This document shows positions 8,404 to 15,030 of a stretch of 32,000 nucleotides of DNA, piece by piece. How positions within the stretch are numbered: the first letter of the stretch is position 1; every line of letters starts with the position of its first letter. The notes beneath the pieces are model-generated. The model searched no databases. It saw only the letters and a program-made list of their open reading frames with translations, and had not been told where the DNA came from. Position numbers and translations under genes: made by a program. Origin of the DNA: Crocosphaera sp. (GTDB lineage Bacteria; Cyanobacteriota; Cyanobacteriia; Cyanobacteriales; Microcystaceae); NCBI GenBank assembly GCA_030064955.1, contig JASJDW010000020.1, positions 4,310 through 36,309 on the forward strand. Reading direction: 5' to 3'.

Positions 8404-8841
8404 CTAACTATTAGGTAAAAAAGTCTCATCTAACACTTTTTGAATGGTTAATTGTGACGTTTCTGGGAATATTTCTAAAGATAAACCTGTTTCATCAGCA
8501 GCATTCTCTCTGGCAATTTGATAACATTCCTCCATGATTTCTGCTGGATAATTTCTTAAACTAGGACTTTCTTTGATTCTTTTATGAATTCCCCAGCGAC
8601 TATTACGAATAGAGGCTTTCCAACTACCACAACGATGACTCGGTTGATATTGCCATTTGAGTAAATGTAAGAGGAGTACCTTTAAATAAGATTCAATTGC
8701 TCTTTTTTGGCTTTTGCCCATAGATTCAATTTCATCAATTAAATTAGGAATATCCAACTCAGAAAATCTCCCCTCTTCTAATAAATAGGCCGTTTCCAAC
8801 AACCAATTATAATAATCTTTTTCGTAATCTATTTTGCTCAT
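8404..8841 (-). CDS. DUF29 family protein
   Basis: 145 aa with the characteristic N-terminus YEKDYYNWLLETAYLLEEGRFSELDIPNLIDEIESMGKSQKRAIESYL. Its stop lies 2 nt before the hemD-like ATG. Confidence 0.8.
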   Translation of the reverse strand: MSKIDYEKDYYNWLLETAYLLEEGRFSELDIPNLIDEIESMGKSQKRAIESYLKVLLLHLLKWQYQPSHRCGSWKASIRNSRWGIHKRIKESPSLRNYPAEIMEECYQIARENAADETGLSLEIFPETSQLTIQKVLDETFLPNS

Positions 8842-8880
8842 AATCAGCCGTCAAAAATTACTAATTATTTCAGTCATTAG

Positions 8881-9216
8881 TTAGGGTAAAAATCGATCCA
8901 AAGCTGCCTTTAATTCTTGCAATTCTTCCTCTATATTACCTTCTTTAGCAGCCCGAGCAACACATTCATTCAAATGTTCATCCAAAATGAGACGAGAGAC
9001 TCGATCAATTGCTCCTCTAACGGCTGCTAATTGGATCAAAACTTCCGGACAAGGACGACTTTCTGATACCATATTTTTAACCCCTCTAATATGGCCTTCA
9101 ATACGAGAAAGACGGTTAATAATTTGTTTTAATGAGGCTTCATTATGAACATGATTATGGGAAGTATCCTCATGGTGATGATGATGTGGGCTTGATGGTA
9201 CCTTACTTTGAGTCAA
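8881..9216 (-). CDS. inrS: CsoR/RcnR-family metal-sensing repressor, InrS-like (His-rich N-terminus)
   Basis: Core sequence is NRLSRIEGHIRGVKNMV...RPCPEVLIQLAAVRGAIDRV...DEHLNEC, with the Cys/His/Cys ligand positions of the family and an N-terminal HHHHHEDTSHNHVH tract. The only available start is TTG at 9216; there is no in-frame ATG before residue 49. Confidence 0.75.
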   Translation of the reverse strand: MTQSKVPSSPHHHHHEDTSHNHVHNEASLKQIINRLSRIEGHIRGVKNMVSESRPCPEVLIQLAAVRGAIDRVSRLILDEHLNECVARAAKEGNIEEELQELKAALDRFLP

Positions 9217-9441
9217 TGGTTTCCGTTTAACCTCAAATTATTATTAAAAGGATGCTAAGACACTCATTAATTGAAAAGTGACTTAAAAGTATAACTCCTA
9301 ACAATTGTTATTATGACACATTATTAATTAATACTAATTACTTATTACCTCTAACGCTCAAAAATAAGCTATGGTAGAAGAGAGGAATTTTGGCTTGAAT
9401 TGTCAAAATAAGTAACGAAAATCAACCATTGAGGAGGATTT

Positions 9442-11967
9442 ATGCGTGCAGTGCTAATGGCTGGGGGATCGGGAACTCGGTTACGCCCATTAACCTGTGA
9501 TTTACCTAAGCCGATGGTACCCATATTAAATCGCCCCATTGCAGAACATATTATTAACTTATTAAAACGACATAATATTACAGAGATTATTACAACTTTA
9601 TACTATCTTCCCGATGTGATGCGGGATTATTTTCAAGATGGGAAAGACTTTGGAGTAGAAATAACCTATGCGGTAGAAGATGAACAACCTTTAGGGACCG
9701 CAGGGTGTGTGAAAAATGTGGAGGATCTCTTACACCATACCTTTTTAGTCATTAGTGGGGATAGTATCACCGATTTTGATCTCCAAGCTGCGATCGCGTT
9801 TCATCGTCAAAAAAAATCGAAAGCCACCCTTGTCTTGACTCGTGTTCCTAACCCCATGGAGTTTGGGGTGGTTATTACCGATAAAGACCAAAAAATTATC
9901 CGTTTTCTAGAAAAACCCTCCGCTAGCGAAATTTTCTCCGATACGGTTAACACGGGTACCTACATTTTAGAACCAGAAGTCCTGCAATACCTCCCGGCCA
10001 AGGAAGAAAGCGACTTTTCTAAAGATTTATTTCCCCTTCTCCTGGCCCGAGGGGAACCCATGTATGGCTACATTGCAGAAGGATATTGGTGCGATGTCGG
10101 CCATTTAGATGCCTATCGAGAAGCCCAATACGATGCCCTAGAAAAAAAAGTTAAGCTAGATTTTGCTTATACTGAACAGTCTCCAGGCATTTGGTTGGGG
10201 CAGAATACCTATATTGACCCTACTGCCAAAATTGAACCCCCCGCCCTCATTGGAGATAACTGTCGCATTGGTCCAGGGGTCATCATTGAACAGGGATGTG
10301 TGATGGGGGATAACGTCACTATTGGGGCAGCCTCAGACTTAAAACGCCCCATTATTTGGAATGGTGTCACCGTGGGGGATGAATCTTATTTGGCTGCTTG
10401 TGTCATTGCCAGGGGAACCCGCATTGATCGTCGATCGCAAGTATTAGAAGGGGCAATTATTGGACCGTTATCTATCCTGGGAGAAGAATCACAAATTAGC
10501 TCAAATGTCCGAGTTTGGCCTAGCAAACGCATCGAATCAGGAGCTATCTTGAATATTAACTTAATTTGGGGTAGTACCGCTAATCGTAACCTGTTTGGTC
10601 AACGGGGAGTCACAGGATTAGCCAATATTGATATTACCCCAGAATTTGCCGTGAAATTAGGGGCGGCTTATGGATCAACCTTAAAAGCCGGATCGCAAGT
10701 AGTGGTATCGCGGGATCAACGGGGTTTTTCCCGTATGATTAGTCGTTCTTTGATTTCGGGGTTAATGTCTGTGGGCATTAATATCCAAAACCTCGAAGCC
10801 ACCGCTATTCCTATCTCCCGTACCATGACTCCCAAATTAGGAGTATCCGGTGGAGTCCATTTACGGGCCCATCCCGATCGCACCGATCATATTTTAATCG
10901 AATTTTTTGACGATGAAGGCATTAATATTTCTAAATCTCAAGAAAAGAAAATTGAAGGGGCCTATTTTAAAGAAGATTTACGACGGGTGGGTATTGCTGA
11001 CATTGGCAATATGGCCTATCCGGCACAAGTGATCGAGACCTATCGTGAAACCTTTGAGACGCAATTAGATATTGACAGCATTAACAACAGTGACCCCAAA
11101 ATTGTCATTGACTACGTTTATGGGGTGTCAGGGGCGATTTTACCGCAACTTCTGACTAAATTTGGTTGTGATGCCATTGTCCTTAATGCCAGTTTACGAC
11201 AAACTACGGTTCCGATAGAAGAAAGAGAGTCCTTACTGCATCAACTGGGCCAAGTGGTGGAAGCGGTAAAAGCCAATTTAGGGGCGCAAGTGTCCGCCAA
11301 TGGGGAACAATTTATCCTGGTGGATGAGTCCGGTTTACCCATCCGAGGGGAATGGTTAACTGCGTTGATGGTTAATACTATTTTTACTGCTTATCCTCGC
11401 AGTACGGTAGTTGTTCCGGTGGAAGCGTCTAGCGCAGTAGAACAAATTGCCCGTCGTCACGATGGGAGAGTGATTCGCACTAAATCTAATCCTACCGCGT
11501 TGATGGAAGCAGCCCAAATGAATCCTAACGTCTCTTTAGGGGGAAGTGGGGACACGGGATTTATCTTTCCTCAGTTGCATCCAGGGTTTGATGCCATGTT
11601 TAGCTTAGCAAAACTGTTAGAAATGTTGGCCACTCAAGGGCGATCGCTGGTACAAATTCAAGCAGAATTACCTCGTATTTCTCATAAGTCCTACATTTTA
11701 CGCTGTCCTTGGAAAGTTAAAGGCTCCCTAATGCGTTATTTAGTAGAAATTCATAACCCTGAACAATTAGAATTAATCGATGGGGTAAAAGTAATTAATC
11801 CCCAAAATGATAACTGGGTGTTAATTTTACCCGATGCAGGAGAACCTTTAGTACATATTGTCGCTAACAGCGATGATCGGGAATGGGTAGACATTAATCT
11901 GAGGGAATATCGTCGCAAAGTACAATCTTTTATTGAACAAGAACAAGGAGATTTGATTAGTATGTAG
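9442..11967 (+). CDS. Sugar-1-phosphate nucleotidyltransferase (mannose-1-P guanylyltransferase-like) with left-handed beta-helix region, fused to a phosphomannomutase/phosphoglucomutase-like C-terminal region
   Basis: 841 aa. gaggagg lies 5 nt before the ATG. N-terminal signature is LMAGGSGTRLRPLT. The hexapeptide-repeat middle (IGDNCRIGPGVII...) is followed by a four-domain PGM/PMM-like region. Confidence 0.85.
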   Translation: MRAVLMAGGSGTRLRPLTCDLPKPMVPILNRPIAEHIINLLKRHNITEIITTLYYLPDVMRDYFQDGKDFGVEITYAVEDEQPLGTAGCVKNVEDLLHHTFLVISGDSITDFDLQAAIAFHRQKKSKATLVLTRVPNPMEFGVVITDKDQKIIRFLEKPSASEIFSDTVNTGTYILEPEVLQYLPAKEESDFSKDLFPLLLARGEPMYGYIAEGYWCDVGHLDAYREAQYDALEKKVKLDFAYTEQSPGIWLGQNTYIDPTAKIEPPALIGDNCRIGPGVIIEQGCVMGDNVTIGAASDLKRPIIWNGVTVGDESYLAACVIARGTRIDRRSQVLEGAIIGPLSILGEESQISSNVRVWPSKRIESGAILNINLIWGSTANRNLFGQRGVTGLANIDITPEFAVKLGAAYGSTLKAGSQVVVSRDQRGFSRMISRSLISGLMSVGINIQNLEATAIPISRTMTPKLGVSGGVHLRAHPDRTDHILIEFFDDEGINISKSQEKKIEGAYFKEDLRRVGIADIGNMAYPAQVIETYRETFETQLDIDSINNSDPKIVIDYVYGVSGAILPQLLTKFGCDAIVLNASLRQTTVPIEERESLLHQLGQVVEAVKANLGAQVSANGEQFILVDESGLPIRGEWLTALMVNTIFTAYPRSTVVVPVEASSAVEQIARRHDGRVIRTKSNPTALMEAAQMNPNVSLGGSGDTGFIFPQLHPGFDAMFSLAKLLEMLATQGRSLVQIQAELPRISHKSYILRCPWKVKGSLMRYLVEIHNPEQLELIDGVKVINPQNDNWVLILPDAGEPLVHIVANSDDREWVDINLREYRRKVQSFIEQEQGDLISM

Positions 11968-12150
11968 TAAGGCAAGTACAGGACTTGTTAGGCCATGCTG
12001 ACCCCAGGACAACGGTAAAGGTTCCTCTTTGATTCGTAGCGGTTTTCATTTGAATTGTCATTTATTTAACCGAATGTCGAAAAGAATTCCCCATTCGTCT
12101 TTCACGGTGGGGATGAATTTTTGACCAAAATATTGAACCGCGCAGCATCC

Positions 12151-12582
12151 TCATTTCTTAGCTTCTAATCCTCCTGATTGATTTTTGATATACTCTTTGA
12201 CCACTTCTAATGGTGCGCCACCACAAGAAATTATACATTTAGAATCATGCCACAACTTGGCTTGTTTTCCCCAGTAAAATTGAGCAATATGCTCAGAATA
12301 CTTATTTCTTAGAATGCGACTACTAGCAGATTTTAGTGCAGCCACCAAATTAGAGATATTATTATCAGGATGTAAATCAATTAATAAATGAACATGGTCT
12401 GGTTCTAAATTACATTCAAGTAGAAAACTTTTATTTTTTTGTAAGACTCTACTAAATATTTCTTTGAGGTCATCCAACATCTTTTTAGTTAATACTTTTC
12501 GTCTATATTTCGTAACAAACACAATCTGTAAATGAATAGAAAAAACCGCATGAGAAATTTTCCTAAGTCCAATTTGTTTCAT
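12151..12582 (-). CDS. tnpA: IS200/IS605 family transposase TnpA (Y1/HUH)
   Basis: 143 aa. Has the HUH motif (DHVHLLIDLHP) and a C-terminal catalytic Tyr region (VVKEYIKNQ). Confidence 0.9.
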   Translation of the reverse strand: MKQIGLRKISHAVFSIHLQIVFVTKYRRKVLTKKMLDDLKEIFSRVLQKNKSFLLECNLEPDHVHLLIDLHPDNNISNLVAALKSASSRILRNKYSEHIAQFYWGKQAKLWHDSKCIISCGGAPLEVVKEYIKNQSGGLEAKK

Positions 12583-12647
12583 TTTAGAAATTAAGTGATA
12601 TAATTATACCAGCTTGTAAAGCGAGAGAGTAGTTATAAAGAGTTACA

Positions 12648-14063
12648 ATGTTTACTGTTACTCGACGATATACATTTCGATTATATCCAAATAAAGCCCA
12701 AATGTCAAAGCTGTTTGAGGCGAGACGGTTACATTGTTATCTCTATAATGCAGCTATTTCTCATCGTAAAACTGAGTATCAATACTTTTCTAACTCTGTT
12801 AGTTATTTCCAACAGCAAAATGCTCTACCTGCTTTTAAAGAATGTTGGCCAGAATATAAAGAACTGAATTCTCAAACCCTACAGGCTACTATTAAAAGGG
12901 TAGATTTGAGTTATAACCGATTCTTCCAAGGATTGTCTAAAAAGCCCAAGTTCAAATCGATTCGAGACTATTCAGGTTGGACTTATCCAGGACACAGTGG
13001 ATGGGAGGCTTTAACTGAGGGTAAACATGGTCAAGTTCGTTTGAGAGATTTAGGCATAACTATCAGAATGAGAGGCCAAGCTAAACAATGGGGAACTCCC
13101 ACAACTTTGACTATTATTTACAAGCCTTATCTTAACCAATGGTTCGCTAGTTTTACTGTTAATGTAGCTATTCAAGAAACCTTATTTGCTTCTGATAGTG
13201 AGCTTAAATATCAATCAATAATTTCTATTGATTTAGGAACTGAAACGGCATTGACTGCCTATGATGGTCAAGAGTTTCTAGAAGTAGAAAATCAAAGATT
13301 TGCTAGGGGGGCCCAGAAAAAGATACAGTCTGCATCTAAACAATTAAGGAGGAAAAAATGTCCTAATCATAGAGAAAAAATCAAAGCTTCTCAACGTTGG
13401 AAGAAAGCTAGAAAGCAAGTTTCTAAACTTCAAAGAAAAGTGGCGGCACAAAGGAAAAATTGGCAGCATCAGGTAACAACAGAAATTGCTAGTCGTTATG
13501 ACATCGTTGTTACTGAGAAGTTAGAAACTAAAAAAATGACCCGTAAAGCTAAACAGGGTAGTAAGAGAAGCGGTGCGACCCCGCGCCGTTGCACGGCGCA
13601 AGGGAACGCGCACCAAGTAGCTGGACTTAATAAGTCAATTTTAGATGTGGGTTTTGGCAGTCTTAATAAATTGATTACCTATAAAATTGAAGCCAAAGGG
13701 GGATTAGCTTTATTTCTTCCGACCTTAAAAATCAAACCTTCACAGCGTTGTCCTAATTGTGGAACAGTGCATAAAGATTGGGCTGATTTGTCTAATCGTT
13801 ACCATGTCTGCAATGCTTCGGACTGTAATTTTGAGGGTCCAAGAGATAGAGGTTCTGTGATGGTTATGTACAACGTTGCTACCAATCAGCAACAGGGGTT
13901 GGGAACCAGCCTCTCAGACTGTGGATGCTTTAGCTCTACTGATTCGACCAAGAAGCGCAAGCATACTGGCTCGATGAAGCAACTAGGGCAGAAGAAACGT
14001 CAAAAGTCCCTTCTTGGAAGTTCGAGGTCTTCTGAAACCCCAACTTCTCAAAAGTTGGGGTAG
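12648..14063 (+). CDS. tnpB: IS605 OrfB / TnpB RNA-guided endonuclease
   Basis: 471 aa. RuvC-like residues lie in ISIDLGTE, VVTEKLE and PRDRGS. Zinc finger is CPNCG...CNASDC. The C-terminal ~60 aa are basic, low-complexity read-through of the predicted RNA-coding region. Confidence 0.9.
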   Translation: MFTVTRRYTFRLYPNKAQMSKLFEARRLHCYLYNAAISHRKTEYQYFSNSVSYFQQQNALPAFKECWPEYKELNSQTLQATIKRVDLSYNRFFQGLSKKPKFKSIRDYSGWTYPGHSGWEALTEGKHGQVRLRDLGITIRMRGQAKQWGTPTTLTIIYKPYLNQWFASFTVNVAIQETLFASDSELKYQSIISIDLGTETALTAYDGQEFLEVENQRFARGAQKKIQSASKQLRRKKCPNHREKIKASQRWKKARKQVSKLQRKVAAQRKNWQHQVTTEIASRYDIVVTEKLETKKMTRKAKQGSKRSGATPRRCTAQGNAHQVAGLNKSILDVGFGSLNKLITYKIEAKGGLALFLPTLKIKPSQRCPNCGTVHKDWADLSNRYHVCNASDCNFEGPRDRGSVMVMYNVATNQQQGLGTSLSDCGCFSSTDSTKKRKHTGSMKQLGQKKRQKSLLGSSRSSETPTSQKLG

Positions 14064-14072
14064 TTCATCGAA
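13900..14072 (+). ncRNA. Candidate TnpB-associated omega-RNA (reRNA) scaffold overlapping the tnpB 3' end
   Basis: Called from position (the last ~170 nt of an IS605-family element), visibly higher GC than the rest of tnpB, several short stems and the strong terminal hairpin 14038-14060. No covariance evidence is available. Confidence 0.35.
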
Positions 14073-14485
14073 CGATAAACAATGAATTGATTACGGTTAC
14101 GATTGTCAATTCTTTCATAGATTAACTGATCCACACTAATTTGTGCTAAATAAACCCCCAAACCGCCAATGTCTCGTTCTGATAAAGGATTTTCTAAATT
14201 ATTTGGGGTTGGCTGTTGAGTCGGATCATAAGGAATTCCTGTGTCTTCTAAGTAAATTGTTAAGGCTTTTTGATCGAGTTTTGCTTGTAATTCTACAGTT
14301 CCCTGACCTTTTTGATGAGCATATCCGTGTTCAATAATATTAGTGGCAATTTCATCAACTGCACGACGAAGATTATTGCTTTTTTTGCGATCTAATCCAG
14401 CTTTTTGAGAGATTTCTTTAACATAATCGGAAATAACGCTTAAGGAATCTCTGAGGGCAGGAACAATTAATTTTTCACCATTCAT
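14048..14485 (-). CDS. RsbW/SpoIIAB-type anti-sigma-like serine kinase (HATPase_c)
   Basis: N-box: VDEIATNIIEHGY. G-boxes: EDTGIPYDP and GGLGVYL. I prefer the ATG at 14485 (MNGEKLIVPA), preceded by aaggaactaaca; the track start is 14512. The last 6 codons (MNYPNF) are encoded by the IS right end. Confidence 0.8.
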   Translation of the reverse strand: MNGEKLIVPALRDSLSVISDYVKEISQKAGLDRKKSNNLRRAVDEIATNIIEHGYAHQKGQGTVELQAKLDQKALTIYLEDTGIPYDPTQQPTPNNLENPLSERDIGGLGVYLAQISVDQLIYERIDNRNRNQFIVYRSMNYPNF

Positions 14486-14654
14486 TGTTAGTTCCTTGTA
14501 ATTATATACCATTTCCTGGACTCATGAGGTACAGCTAATATTCAACTTCTGAACTCCTGCTGGGGAGCATCGGGCGAAGCCTGCCCTACCGAACTCCTAA
14601 ATCCTAAAACTAGAAGAGTTTGTCCCTCACAAGTATGGGAACTGCTATAATTAA

Positions 14655-14984
14655 TCAATCGGATATTTCATCTTCATTCTTAACGAGAATGACACTATGA
14701 TGAAAACCTGTTTTTTCGATGGTATCTAAGACAATTTCTTGTGCGCCTACCACATAAATATCAACCTGTTTTCCCATTTTTTGTTTGGCAAAGATGAGGA
14801 TTCTTAATCCAGCACTAGCCATATATTCTAAGTCTTCCATTAATAAAATAAGACAGCTTGGTTTTAAGGTTGCGGCTTCTTCAATTTTCTGTTTCAATTG
14901 TTCTGCATTACTACCATCTAATTCTCCTGAAAGAATAATTTTAGCTGTGTTGTTGGTGGTTTCTAAAGTGGTGGTTAAGTTCAT
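14655..14984 (-). CDS. STAS-domain anti-sigma-factor-antagonist-like protein
   Basis: Conserved phosphorylatable-serine motif LEYMASAGLRILIF. I place the start at the internal ATG 14984 (MNLTTTLE), because the longer track ORF would overlap glgX. Confidence 0.85.
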   Translation of the reverse strand: MNLTTTLETTNNTAKIILSGELDGSNAEQLKQKIEEAATLKPSCLILLMEDLEYMASAGLRILIFAKQKMGKQVDIYVVGAQEIVLDTIEKTGFHHSVILVKNEDEISD

Positions 14985-15030
14985 CTTTTTTGGACTGTTA
15001 GTGAATAAGAATGTGAGTGTGAAACTGTGT

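Larger units (their letters stand above)
12082..14072 (+). mobile_element. IS200/IS605-family insertion sequence, IS605-type (divergent tnpA and tnpB); boundaries inferred
   Basis: Carries tnpA (Y1 HUH) and tnpB back to back. There is an imperfect hairpin near the left end (12085-12119, cccca...tgggg core) and a 9-bp hairpin near the right end (14038-14060, ccccaactt-ctcaa-aagttgggg). The pentamer tcgaa is present at both proposed junctions (12077-12081 and 14068-14072). Confidence 0.75.

Noticed and set aside
9150-9200. The HHHHH run at the N-terminus of the metal sensor as a cloning-tag artefact.
   Set aside because: It is embedded in a longer natural His/Asn-rich tract (HHHHHEDTSHNHVH), which is typical of InrS-like sensors, and there is no vector-like flanking sequence.
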